A stretch of DNA of 64,000 bases from contig NC_043001.1 of assembly GCF_006345805.1 (NCBI RefSeq), positions 87,234,001 through 87,298,000 of the forward strand. Direction: 5' to 3'. The DNA comes from Octopus sinensis (taxonomy: Eukaryota). This document shows positions 27,362-40,714 of the stretch, in pieces (the first letter of the stretch is position 1; each line of letters opens with the position of its first letter). Position numbers and translations under genes: made by a program. Under the pieces are notes generated by a model that did not search any database, had not been told where the DNA came from, and saw only the letters and a program-made list of their open reading frames with translations.

Positions 27362-30300
27362 GTAAGATAATGTTTTATTTCACCTTTGGTCAAACTATAA
27401 AATCTGGACTGGATAGATTAACATTTTAATTGATACTACACATATTCTGCTTTTGTTTTATTTACAAACCATTCATCTCTGATTTATTTGCTAGACACCA
27501 TCCTCCTGCTGTTTTCTGAATGTCGTTAAATTACTTGACATCTTTTGACCTTATTTAAGTCATGTATGCTATTTATAAAACTTAGATTAATATTTTTGAT
27601 TTATAGATAATTTGCTGCAACTGATTTTATCAGCCACCTCCACAGTATATCTATAGCATTTATTTACAAGAAAAAACTGTTCTTTTCACTTGTTTCTTAA
27701 TTGACTAAATAGTTTAAACTATTACGGGGATTATTTTCAAACTGAATTATTTCACGAACACTGATATTTGTAAGTATAAAATACTGCTTAGCCAACTTTT
27801 ATACTTTCTTATGCTTGGCTATTTTTGATATGTTTCCGAGAAGCCTTTCATATATTTGTTTGCATTTCATTATCATCGTCACCACATTTGTTTTTCTGTG
27901 CCGGCTAATTGAAATATCTGCAATACATCTGTATGCATTTTTATTATAATGTATAATAATGTATATAATGTATTATAATGTTTAATAATCCGTTGCCAGC
28001 CTCGGCTGGCCCCCGTGCCCGTGACACGTAAAAGCACCGTCCGCTCGTGGCCGTTTGCCAGCTCTGTCTGGCAAACGTGTCGGTGGCACGTAAAAGCACC
28101 ATCTGTTCGCGTCCGTTGCCAGCCTCGGCTGGCCCCCGTGCCGGTGACACGTAAAAGCACCATCCGTTCGTGGCCGTTTGCCAGCTCTGTCTGGCCCCGT
28201 ATCGGTGGCATGTAAAAGCACCATCCGTTCGTGTCCGTTGCCAGCATCGCCTGGCCCCGTGCCGGTGACACGTAAAAGCACCATCCGTTCGTGGCCGTTC
28301 GCCAGCTCTGTCTGGCACCTGTGCAGGTGGCACGTAAAAAACACCCACTACACTCGCGGAGTGGTTGGCGTTAGGAAGGGCATCCAGCCGTAGAAACACT
28401 GCCAGATCTGACTGGGCCTGACGAAGCCTTCCAGCTTCACAGACCCCAGTTGACCCGTCCAACCCATGCTAGCATGGAAAACGGACGCTAAACGATGATG
28501 ATGTATATCATTCTATATGTGATGTCCAGACAGCTGCATCTGTAACTTAACCATTTTGTCACAAGAATTTCTCCATCTACTTTTATGCTCTTAATTTGCT
28601 ATATATTTTCTTGAAACAGTCATCATTTATTTGCATTACTACTAACTTACCCTGTGCCCTGCTAGTTTCACTTATTCTGGATCAATTTACAGGCTACTTC
28701 AGTTGAACATACTACCTTTGTTTCACACACACATCTTTGTATTTCTATATTTGGTTATGTCTTTGAGTTTGTGTACATATTGTTTAGGTTTAATTATTAT
28801 CATATTTGTATAGTTATGAGCACTTAATTATGATAAAACATACCAGTACTGCCTGACTGGCATATAAAAAGCACCATTCAAGCGTGACTGATGCCAGTGT
28901 CACCTAACTGGCTCCCGTGCCAGTGGCACATAAAAGCACCCACTTACACTCTTGGAGTGGTTGGTATTAGGAAGAGCATTCAGCTATAGAAACCTTGCCA
29001 AATCAGATTGGAACCTGGTGTAGACTCCTGGCTTACCAGTTCTTAGTCAAACCGTCTAACCCATACCAGCATGGAAAACAAACGTTAAATGACAATGATG
29101 ATTTAGTTTATAAACAATAGTTTCTACTTCTTGAGAAAAAGTATTTGATATCTGTTTGATGTCTTGTAATAATATTAATGTATAGGCACATGTATGGCTG
29201 CATGGTTAAGAAGATTGCTTCCCAACCACAGTTTTGTATTCAATTCCATTGCACAGCAACATGGGCAAATGGTACCAGGCCAACCAAAGCCTTGTGAGTT
29301 GAACTGGTTGATGTAAACTGCGAGAAACCCATTACTTGTATGTGTCTTTTATGTATATGACATTATACGATAATTACAAATAAGCATCACCATTATATAA
29401 GCAATGTGGTTTGTTTCCAACCTGTGCCCAAAATGTCATGTGGTTGGGTCTGCAAATTTCTTAACCACTCAACCATGCCTACAGCTGATTGTAAACAAGA
29501 AGTCACCATTCATACAAATGGTGTCATTTGTTAAGATTTCTCTGTAAAAGCATGTCCAGGTATTTGTTGTTAGCTAGACTTAAAGAAACAGGTGAGGTTT
29601 GGCAACTGGAGGAGCAATCAATCATAGAAAAATACACTTCATCAAAGTTATTGTGTGACCCATGCAAGCATAGAAAAGTGGAACTAAAGACATTGAATCA
29701 TCATCACAATTTAATGTCTGTCTTCCATGCTGGCATGGGTTAGATAAATAATAAAAATTACACCAAAACTTTATTTATCTTTGTGATCATATTATTCCGC
29801 AATTTCTAGTTTCAAACTGTTATAGAGATATCTTTTTGTTTTTCTTCTTTATACATGTTATCTAGTTGCCTAAAATGTCATTGTTGTTATTGTTACACAG
29901 AAAATATCTTCATGGAGCCACATCCTGACTATCTAAATGAAGATATATACCCAGCTTCAGATGAAGAAAATGGTTTAGTACAACCTAAAAAACTGGTCAA
30001 CCCTTGTATTCTGTCCAAAGAACGCCGTGATTTGCACAAAGAACTTTTACTTAATCACAGATTGTAAGTTATTTGTATCATTATTATTACTACTACTACT
30101 ACTACTACTACTAACTATTTTGTTCTACAATTCTGCCAATCCACCAAGTATTGCATTGGTTTGATTGACTTTAACTATCAACAGAATTTGTCATGTGACA
30201 ATATCAATCATTAAGTATCATTACAGTGACAAAATGCTTAGTGGTATTTCTTCTGGGATGGATCCACAAATTATACCTAAGTAATTCAAATTAACATCCT

Positions 30301-33300
30301 TTCCAGATTCTGATCTTCAGAGGTCAAGAATTCAGAAGTTAGGAAGTTGTCCTTAGTCATTAGTTTCTAAATTCATATATCACTTTTTGTCCCAGTGAAA
30401 ATCATAAATATTCAAATTTAATAGGTCAGATCAATATTGTATGTTGGCCATATTACTGGTATGTAGTGAATGCAAGTTGATTAGGTTAAGGTAAGGTGGT
30501 TGTCAAAATATTGGTATGGGACAGGAGTTATTGATCAGATCATTAGAATAAAATTGATGTGATTGATTTATTCAGATAGATCAAACTAGTATGTTTGGAC
30601 AGCATTTCGATGTTGTTGTGCAATGTAATTATAATATGATATACGTTTTTGTATTCTTACTTCAGAGGTAAAAATGTCTTGAAGAAATCCGAACTGCAAA
30701 AAGTAATGCAGCAGAGGAAAGAAGTGCAACGAAGGAAAGAATGGGACGAACACAAAATTGTTAACAAACGGAATAGTCTAGAATTGATGTTAGAAGAAAG
30801 GAAAAATAAAATTACACAGGTAAGGAAGAATCAGATTACTTCAGTCCTCTTCTTCATTCACTATATTTTGCTATGTTGCACTTACTGCTGTTTAACTTTC
30901 ATAGAAACATGGTCTGTCCTTTAAGCTTGGGTTCAGTGTAATATAAAAGGTTATTCCTAGTCTGGATATTGGTGTATTGTCACAATTAAGTAGAGTAAAA
31001 TTCTTTGTCATTCAGGAGATTGGTCTGTATGAGATTTTTCACTGTTAGTCTCTCAAATGTTGGTGGTTGTTCCAAGAATTTATTCAATTCACCCTTGACA
31101 AATTTTATGTCTTTGTTCTTTGATTTGGACATTTTCAATTTGTTCTACAATTCTGCCAATCCACCAAGTATTGCATTGGTTTGATTGACTTTAACTATCA
31201 ACAGAATTTGTCATGTGACAATATCAATCATTAAGGCTACAAGTGGAGAGTATCACTACAGTGACAAAATGCTTAGTGGTATTTCTTCGGGGTCAGTAAA
31301 ATAAAGAACCAATCAATTAACCCCTTCCATGCTAAAATTGGTGGCCTTGTGCTAACAGTAACAGTAAGTTTTTCCAGCAAAAATGTTTGTCAAATGCAAT
31401 TGGAGTAGTAGAATTACATTGACTAAACATTATTTCACTAAATTCTATTTAGCTACCAAACTTCCTTGCTAATCCTTTTTTTTTAAATTCAGTTTCCTTA
31501 GCCCTTTAGCATCTAAACTCACCATATCCAGCTCAAATATTCTACCTGTTTTATGTTCTAAGTAGCCGGATCCAGCTTCTCATAACTATACTTACAATGT
31601 CATTCTAAGAGTAAACACCATTGAAGTCTCAAAGCTACAAGGCTTTATGATTAATTCAAAACAAAGTGAATAAATAAGCATATAAGATGAAAACCATGCC
31701 AAAACAGACCTCACCAGTACTGGTGCCACATAAAAAGCACCCAGTCCACTTAGTAAAGTGGTTGGCATTAGGAAGAATATTCAGCCATAAAGACCATGCC
31801 AAAACAGACAGTGGGGTTTGGTGTAGTATTCTGGCTTGCCAGTTCCTGCAAAACTGTCCAATCCATGCCAGCATGGAAAACAGAAACTAAATGATGATGA
31901 TTTGACAGAGTAATTTGAATGTTAACAGATTAAAAGAAAGTTACCCTTTGATACCATCCTACGTGAGGCAACCTCTAGTTGAATGGTACAATTGTCCTGT
32001 TTTAAAGTGATGTTAATTATACCATTCAGTGTTAATTTGTTTCAAACATCAGCTTAATAACAAATTTACTTCAATAAAATCTTCACTGATTTTTTAAATT
32101 AATTGAAATAAAGGCAGTGTACTTCAACAGAAATATAACAAAAGGGCTAACTCTCACTGTGCTGATGAAATTTGTTTTGTATTCTGACATGCAGATACTG
32201 AATTTTACAGACCAATAAAATGTGCATATTACAATGAAATGTGGAGAATTCCAGAAAGTACCCCATTATCAAAAACAGGTTAACTCAATTCTTGTGCTCA
32301 TGCCTGGAACTGCGTATCCTCAGCTCCTGTACTGTATGAGCTAAGTACCTGTAGAGTAACTTTTTGTATGCATTTTGTTATTGTGCAATGCATATATTGG
32401 CAGTTATACTTTGCACATATATTGGTAATGAGTTATACATATTGACACTCGTACTGTATACATGTATTGGAGGTTGAGGGATAGGAAATAAGAAAGGTGA
32501 ACATCACTTAATCAGGTTTATTTATCACTTGAAATATATATGTAGTTGATTTGATTGTAATGTAAAAATATATGATTACTTTTCACTAGGGTCAACAGCA
32601 TAGCAAGAACTTGTTTATCAGTCCCAGAATTAGTGATCCCCCTCACTAGATTTGAATTGAACTCAGAAAAGCAGGCCTAGATATTGTAATAATTTAGTTA
32701 AGCTACTTATTCAGCACTCTTTTAACTGAGTTGATCTCAGTACAGTGTTGGTTTAAATTTTATAAGATCACTGTTAACTGACCCCCCTGCAAGATTTAAA
32801 CTCAGAGCTAAATACATCACGAAATTTTGTTCACATCATCTTCAGGATTCCAAGTTGATATAAAATATCAGCTACAGCTAACTGTATTAATGCCACAGTA
32901 GTAGTCAAGCTTCCTTAATTTGCACCATTTCTTTGTTGCTGTATTTGAAAATGTCAGGACTCATGAAAGTTTTATCTGTAGATGATTGATGTTTACTTCA
33001 GCTGGCAATTCTCCAACAGACTCTTGCTAACCCTGAATATTAATAATCAATATATCTGCTACAGTGAGTGGTGCTGTTGGTATTATTTGGGAGCCTGACT
33101 TCAACTTTCACATATTGTGGATGTAAGAGTAAGGTGTTCATATAACACTACTTATTGAATGAATGGTTATAAGTTCCAACTACTGTTGTGTCCTGAGTGG
33201 ATAAGACAGTTTAGTTTTGGAAAATTTAGAAGAAAAGAAGCAGTATTGCTCTTATATTTTACCCTTGTTCAAAAATAGTCACTCCTCAGCTGAATATCTA

Positions 33301-36300
33301 GCCATATAGCAAGAGAACAGGATTTTTGACCAGAGGAAAAATTTCCTGTTATGCAGAGATCCAGTTTCGCTAATGCTTACATGGAAATGGATGTTGAGCT
33401 ATACCAAGCGCTTATTTAATGTTTTCTTACTCCAAGGTTCACTGTTGTATTAAGAAACTTATCTATATTCTAGACTTGACAAACACATATGTTATGCCTT
33501 GACCGCCAACTACTACATATTTATGTTATATAATTATGTAATCAGAAAAAAAGAAATGACTGAACTTCCATAGGTTAAAGTCGGTAGGTAGGTCAACAGG
33601 AAAGATTGTGTAGTGTAGAATCGGGAGGTATGATACAGTTATAGCCTAGGTTTGCTTAATCAGCGAACATATGATCGAAGACATTCCAGCAGTGACTGTT
33701 CTGTCTTTTGTCGGAGCATATAAGATAAATTAAAAAAGTATCTTGTCTTTGGGCATAAAAAGACAGTTTTGTACATTTTGCAAATTTTATTTTATCATTT
33801 TCAAAATATTCCCCTTGGGAGTTCTCACACTTTTCACAGCAGTTGTCACTACTGATGAACTACCATCTAGATTGATATGGAGCTCCACCGTCACTTAATT
33901 TTCTCTTGCAACTCAAACTGCTTGTCTTACAGTTTGGGGAAGAGCCAGAAGTCACATGGTGTCAAGTTGGGAGAGTAGGGAGCCTGTCGAACAGGTGGCG
34001 TGTTGTTTTTGACCAGGAAAGCTTGGATTATAAGGTGTGTTCAAAAAGTGTTCAACTTTATTTTTATGCCAACACTCTCCACATGCACAAATCCTGTTGC
34101 AATGGAATGCACTGATCCTGTGCTTATTCCCACTCTGTGAGTAGTTTCCTGGATTGTTGCATGACAGTTTTTTATGACTGTTTGCTGAACCATCTCAATC
34201 GGCACCTCGTTTCAGCTTGTGGATGACCTGCCCCAGATATGCCTTGCTCTCTACTGAAGTGTAACCATGTTTGAAGCAGTTGTACCACTCCTTGATCTGA
34301 GTTTTGCCCATGGTATCATTGCCATCAAAGGCCTGCTGAGTCTTCTGGATGGTTTAAGCTTGAGTATCACTAAGCTTTTGGCAAAACTTGATGCCATATC
34401 TCTGCTTGATGCCCTTCAATCATCTTGCGTGAAAACGAAAATCTAACGAGCATGCACTACACATCTGTACGCTAGGCATAACAGCCAGGAACTGACGTGA
34501 CCTACCTGTATGAAGATTTTCATGCATGCACAGGAAGGGTAGCATCACCTCCCACTCAAAGGATTTTTCACATGCATTAGTTTTGGCAGGGAAAAAAGTC
34601 ATCAGATACTTTCTGAACACACCCCACATTGCTTTATATGACTAAATACATTTTCTTTTTCTTTTTTTTTCTTTTAAGTGATAGAATGTAATATGAAAGT
34701 GATTTGGGTATTATTTCTACCAAGCTTGATGAAGTGGGATAGATACATCAGGTGGGCTTAAATAGATGTTGTACTCAGCTTGTTAATTGAGAATAGCAGA
34801 AGCTGTTATACTGAAGGAAGAAGAGACACAAGAAACAGCATATCTATAAGCTAGTGATTATTGTGTGTTGGTATCTTTGCCAATCTGTTTTGATGGTATA
34901 ATTGTTATGTGATCTAAAAAATGTGTGTATGTGTGAGCCAAAGCACTTGTTTTGGATATGTGATCCCAGGAGAGTATACAACATCGTACAAGACCAAATT
35001 GGTTTTTCATTATTCAAGACTCAGTCCACTTGGTCAACACCGAGTTTCATCTACATCCTTCAGCTTTTAAAAACATTTGAAGAAAATGCTTTCTGTTTTC
35101 ATTTACTTCAGTTCAGTCATAATGGTGAAATGGTTGCAATCTCTCACTAGCAACATTATCCTTATACAGAAACAAAACTCTTGTTAAAGCAAGGTTTGGG
35201 GAAGACTAACAGATATTAAAATGTAACTTAGAACTGGTATCTGTTATTGATCAGGAATTTAGGCTCTGACGTGCATCATAGTTCAAAAGTATTGGAAGTT
35301 TAAAGTATTTGGGGCAGGAGTTAGGCTTGTCAGTTACTCCGCTGTAATTAACTAAAATTGTATTCAGATTAAATTTCATTTTTGGTAACTAAATGATATT
35401 TGATAAAGCATGACTGTCAAAACATCTTCCCTGTTTTTCTCTTAAATAATATAGCTCTGGCTTGGAATATTTAGTAATGTTGGCTAGAGTGGTGTCTAAG
35501 GGAGACAACTGTGTCATACACCTCTTCCTCTGAAAGTGAAGTTGTTTACGCCTGTTTCCTTCATTCACAACGTTAATAATGGGTTCTAATATAACGTAGA
35601 GTCACAAAAATTAGGAATGGAGTACTAATAATTATTTATTTTTTAATTACTCAATTACTTGTTTTAAGATATTTCATAAAAGGTGATTCAATTGATTCAG
35701 TATTTGACAGATCATCATTATCGTTTTTACATGCATCTTTTCTATGCTAGTAGATGCTCTGCTTGTTGCCAACCCATACCTGTTTTTCAAGTAAAGTATT
35801 CTTATTCCTCTGATCTACACACATGGCGAAACCATGAACTACACATTATTTATGAGAAATTTAAACATTATCACCACCTCTGCTCAAATAGCTACAATTC
35901 AATGGCAAATAAACACAAACATGCATGCACATACATACACGTGATGAGCTTTTGTCAGTTTTTATCTACTAAGTTTCACCTCACACAGCTCCAGAAGACA
36001 TTTGCTGGCACCATGGGCTGGTGTCTTCTATTATAGCCTTTGTCTAGCGAAAACCTTGTGAGTGGATTTGGTAGATGGAAACTGAAAGGAGCCTGTCGTG
36101 TATGTGTGTGTATACTCGTCTTAGTTTTGACATTGCATTATAATTGTGAACAAGCCGTCATCATCATATAAGTGGCATTACTCATTTCCAGTTTTTCATG
36201 AAAACGTGTTGGACCAAGAGGAAGTTTTAACTTATTTGGAAACAGCAAATGGTTGGCAACAGGAAAAGCATCAAGCTGTAAAAAAGATCTGCCTCGAAAA

Positions 36301-36533
36301 ATTCCATCTGGCCTATGCTAGCATTGAAAAGTGAAGGTTAAAACAATGATGGTCAATATGATAACTCTACCATCTTAATAAATATTTTTCTTTTCTTTTT
36401 TTTATCTTTTTAGGAAGAAGAAAAAGATGAAAGATTAAAACATGTCAACGAAGAACTGGAAAATCGTCCAGAATATTTGAAAGTTCATGCCAAAATTCAC
36501 GCTAAAGTTGCTGCAAATGCAAAACTGGAATGA
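27301..36533 (+). CDS. FAM107: FAM107-family protein (FAM107A/B-like), join(27301..27361,29901..30063,30666..30819,36414..36533)
   Basis: The spliced frame is continuous through GT-AG sites with phases 1, 2, 0: ...MEPHPDYLNED...LVQPKKLVNPCILSKERRDLHKELLLNHRLGKNVLKKSELQKVMQQRKE...SLELMLEERK...ENRPEYLKVHAKI...LE*. It matches FAM107 hallmarks (EPDY, PKKL.NP, DLHRELL.N, ELQKVM, PEF.KV). The start codon is uncertain (27337, 29912 or further upstream). Confidence 0.92.
27990..28502 (+). mobile_element. Young family-A (RTE 3' end) copy with six ~59-bp tandem units in alternating A/B order
   Basis: Repeated gtg(a/g)cacgtaaaagcaccatccgttc units, CpGs retained, followed by the family-A body and gatgatgatg tail. 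Confidence 0.85.
29901..30063 (+). CDS. FAM107: FAM107 exon (NIFMEPHPDY...LLLNHR)
   Basis: tgttacacag| acceptor, |gtaagt donor, conserved PKKLVNP and DLHKELLLN motifs. Confidence 0.92.
30119..31288 (+). repeat. Direct repeat pair flanking FAM107 exon 30666-30819
   Basis: 30119-30215 is identical to 31139-31235 (97 bp, offset 1020). Similarity continues for about 38 bp after a 15-nt indel. Confidence 0.9.
30666..30819 (+). CDS. FAM107: FAM107 exon (GKNVLKKSELQKVM...KITQ)
   Basis: cttacttcag| acceptor, |gtaagg donor, in frame with both neighbours. Confidence 0.92.
33780..34627 (-). mobile_element. Mariner remnants (deleted element 34031-34627 with TIRs, plus an adjacent DDE-end fragment)
   Basis: Minus strand PYSPNLTPCDFWLFPKL at about 33930-33985. 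N-terminal text TIQKTQQAFDG...QIKEWYNCFKHG. TIR-like ends taaggtgtgttcaaaaagt and atactttctgaacac. Confidence 0.7.
36414..36533 (+). CDS. FAM107: FAM107 last coding exon (EEEKDERL...PEYLKVHAKIHAKVAANAKLE*)
   Basis: Long polypyrimidine tract plus tag| acceptor, PEYLKV motif, TGA at 36531-36533. Confidence 0.9.
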   Translation, partial: EEEKDERLKHVNEELENRPEYLKVHAKIHAKVAANAKLE

Positions 36534-38849
36534 TCAATTGTTATTGATATTATTTTCATTATTGATATGATAATTTTTATCATTATTAACATTATTATTG
36601 GATGACCATGAACACAAGCTTCTTTCTACTCCTAACTGCTGCCAACTTCTTTGGACAAGTTGAAGAGTTCTCAGTGCCAGTTGATCCCAAACAAGGAACC
36701 CCACCAGTCATGTTACCAGTTGGTCCTGTACTGGATTCTCTTCATACTCGGCAGTCTACATCACAGATACTGATGTTGGTGCTTTTGTTGTTCATTTTGT
36801 GCACCAGTTGCTTCAAATCTGCAAACAATCCAGGCCTGTATTTTGCAGCAACTTCCTAGCATCACTGCCATCATTTTCCCTGGACTAAACAAGGACCTTT
36901 ATGGGATCAGCTGGTTACCTCAGTTGCACTCCCATCCCCCTTTCCATTGAAAAATCTGAAAATGTTCCAACAATTTCATGTGACTTAATTTTCTTGTAAT
37001 TTTTCCCCTTTTTTTTATGTTTTACTTTAAAATCCCATCCCACCTCTCATTTGTTGATGTTATATCTCCATTTTCTTCCTTTATTTAGTTTAGAATAGAT
37101 AGTAGCAATATGATAGTATATCTATTATTAGACTACCTACTTGTTAGTGGACTAAATTACTAATAGTTACCTATGCCGCCACCCCAATATCCAGTTTGGG
37201 AATTTTTCAACAACACCCCAAACTGTCCACTTGTATTATTTATTTTAATTCTCTCCATATAGTTTAGGGTTTGTGTGTCTGTCAATTCATTGACTATTTT
37301 TCTAGATTCATATCTGTTCCATTGAGATTCATTTCCTGTAAATTGTTAATCTGCATGATGTGTGTCTGTATGGCTTCACTTATTATAGTACTTACAGATA
37401 TCTGCCTGTAGTCAACTAACTGTTTCACTTCATTCACCATGTCACTGTCTCCATTCTTTTTCATGTCCCTGTGAAGCTTGCATGCCTTTGGTGCCTCAAA
37501 AGGAAAATTTGTACACGTATGAAAAATACATGATTAAATGAAAAAGAAAGAAAAATTTTTTTAAAGTTTGAGACAATGAATAAAACTTAAAAGCTATATA
37601 TATTTTTTTCTGCAAACTTAGTATGTAAATATACATATATATAGATATACTTTTAACCAGTGAAATTCTTTACCAGGCCAGTAATTTTTAACAAAATTTG
37701 TATGCATAAAAACTGGTAGCAAACACAAGAACATACATATCTATATATATTAGATAAAACTAGAACTTGCCTTCTGCTCTATTCCGTTATATGGAAATTG
37801 GTGTCTGCATTTAATTCACAACTATGTAGTCAGACTTTGTCAATCAATGCAGATAAACTAGAAGCTTCTCTTGTGTGTGTTATATCAACAATCTCCTATT
37901 GCCTTTTCCAGCTGCAGTGTGATGCAAACCAATGATTGGTCTGTTTGTTTAGTACAATCATTCCTGACACCTCACCCTGCTTTTATCATTCAACTACATA
38001 TAATATATAATGTGTTGTCTGTATGATATATATAATATATATTATATATATACATATATATAAACAAACAAACACATCTTTCACCTTTTCTATATATTTT
38101 TCATACAATAGTAGAAAAAAAATCTCATGCTAAGTGAAGTGCAAGGCCCAGTTTTGATTTCCTTTTGGTGCCATGTTAACTCACTTACTCCATTAATCCC
38201 CTGACGAAAGACACCACATCTCAACCCCACTAACCTCCTCTTTTAAAATGTGGCACTTTGTGCCTCACAGTAAGGAATCATATTTCATACTCTTACAAAC
38301 TGGTAGTTGTTTTCTACTAGAATTTTTTGAAGTGAAAACCAGAAGTTGTTAAATCATTATTTTTGGAATCTGAATATTTAGCAAGTTTCTCTTTAATATA
38401 ATTACTAAATTACTTGTCTCATTGCAAGAGCAAGAGAGACAGTAACCGGGAGATGCAAGATAGCAATTTGAGATGGGACAAAACATCTTTAGATGCCATG
38501 TAAATAACAAATGGTCAATAGCAAATGGTTTCTTTTTCTCTCCCCTTTGTACATTCTCCCTGCATATATTTTATTATGAAAGCATTTAGAGAAATAAAAT
38601 TTCAAAAGTGACATTATGGATTTAGCTGAGTATTACTTTTGTTCTTTGGTTCAGTTAGAGCATAATAGCAATACGATAAGGTCTTAATTATAACATTAAT
38701 TTGTTATAAAACTCAACTGACTTTCACCAATAACATCAGACTGTCTTATACATGCAAAAAAAAAAAAAGAAAAAAGACAATACCTTGCAGCTGTTTTTCT
38801 TCAAATTTTCATATTTTCCAACATTATGACAATCTCATATTAAAATAAA
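36534..38849 (+). promoter_or_regulatory. Probable FAM107 3' UTR with candidate poly(A) signals
   Basis: AT-rich, with few interspersed repeats. AATAAA at 37579, 38593 and 38844. The true 3' end cannot be determined from sequence alone. Confidence 0.35.
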
Positions 38850-39182
38850 ACAAATTCTCATCTTCCAAACATGTAGTGCTAAAACAGTCCAAAAGTTGTA
38901 ACTGTCAATTGTTCTGTATCTGTTGACTGCAATGTTGATCAGTTATTATTGTTTGTTCACTGCAATATCAGTCTTTTCCCTGTCTTTTCATTGCAATATC
39001 AGTTTATTCTTGTCTGTTCACTGCAATATCAATCAGCTAGTTTCTATATATTGAAAGCACATATATTTCAAACACTGTTTAACTGAAAGTAACTGAACTA
39101 CTCACAACTTAGAGGCGAAACAGTCCTTTTGCCAGCTACATACTGGAAATGACAATGATTTATACCCATGACAAAAATATAG

Positions 39183-39186
<4 letters not shown>

Positions 39187-39243
<57 letters not shown>
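39187..39243. repeat. (CT)n microsatellite
   Basis: Directly visible. Confidence 0.95.
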
Positions 39244-39245
<2 letters not shown>

Positions 39246-40604
39246 GCTTTCTGTCTCTCTGATTCTGTGTCACTTTCTCACTATCATTCATGAAGCCAAC
39301 TAAAGTTACATACTACATCTATCTCACTTTAACTGAAGCTAGCTTTTCCTCTATATTCAGTTTACACTAACCCTTACTTTTCCCATTACCATTCTCCTAT
39401 GATTCTGCTAGGATCTCACCACAAACTCATGACATAAAAGTCCCACCTCCACTAACTTGAGCCAACGAGAGAGCCTCTTTATGTTGCTGGAAATAGCAGC
39501 TAAATCTCCCTCAAATCACACCCTACTGTCTTAAAAATGCAAATGACACGTTAGATAATGTGATATTAGATACCTCTGCCAAGATGGGATGATCACAGCT
39601 GGAATTCCTTTGATCAAAGGTCTGCTGAATCAGAGTTGGCTTGGGGTTAAGCAACTACAAAATCTACACCCACCACTATAATTATAATTCATGGAACTCT
39701 TCCCCTTTTACTTTTCATGGCTCCCTAATATTTTTATTGTTTGAAATGTCTCCCTTCATGACTACTGTATATTGCCTTCCTACAACATGAACTTTTTCTG
39801 AATTAGACCATGATATGAGCCTGACCATATTTGGTCATTGCAATTTTGGCCGAGGAAGATAAATGCTTTCCTTAAATCTTCTCTCATTTTCCAATAGTTT
39901 TCATGATGGAGAAGTCTTGGACTACTTCTACCCAACAATCCACACAGTGAAAAATCACACAGTCCATGTTGTTGATTCTACCTGCATTGACTATCTCCTA
40001 TTGTCAGCTTAATGATGTGGCAGGGATCTCAAAATAGAATAATTTGCATCAGATCAGAACGCATTCCAAGAATGGACACACATACAAACACGTATACACC
40101 AGTTTTGGCAGGAATTAATGCTGTTCTAGCCCCACCATAAGGAGAGGATATATAACTAGGCTAATGCTTCATACTTCTTCTGTTGAACTCACTCATGCAC
40201 GCTGCTCATATTCATTAACTTCACATTTGTGGCTTGCTTCTCTGTCTTCAAATTCGCACTATCTCTAATCATGTGATCGACACTGACTCCAGATTATTAT
40301 CCAAATACTTTTGTCTCCTGATATGTAACCTATTCTTAACTACTGGCAAATAACTATCTGCTTCATGTTTAAACTTTTTTTTTTTTGACAGTGTGTTTAA
40401 CTGAGTTGCTTTTTGAACAGCAGTGGTGTCTCTTATGTGCAGGACACATTTCACTGTTGTTAAGTTACATTAAATGAATTCCCAATGAATACTTCTTTGG
40501 GGAACAGTTCTCTCACTGACTCCTTTCTATTCATTGATCCCTCCATTCCAGTGTTAGACCTAGAGCTAGACAATTCTATAAGGGAGACTTACAATATCAA
40601 AAAC

Positions 40605-40714
40605 ATTGCCAGATCAGACTGGGCCTGGTGCAGCCTTCTGGCTTCCCAGACCCCAGTTGAACCATCCAACCCATGCTAGCATGGAAAGCAGACGCTAAAC
40701 GATGATGATGATGA
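40605..40714 (+). mobile_element. Short 5'-truncated family-A copy
   Basis: attgccagatcagactgggcctggtgcag...gatgatgatgatg. Confidence 0.8.

Noticed and set aside
27879-28462. CRISPR-like repeat/spacer look and overlapping 120-172 aa ORFs
   Set aside because: The 'spacers' are themselves repeated (A/B units), there are no cas genes, the context is eukaryotic, and the array is part of an RTE 3' UTR.
36602-36859. 85-aa ORF just downstream of FAM107
   Set aside because: It lies in the probable 3' UTR, and shows no recognisable motif or splice support.
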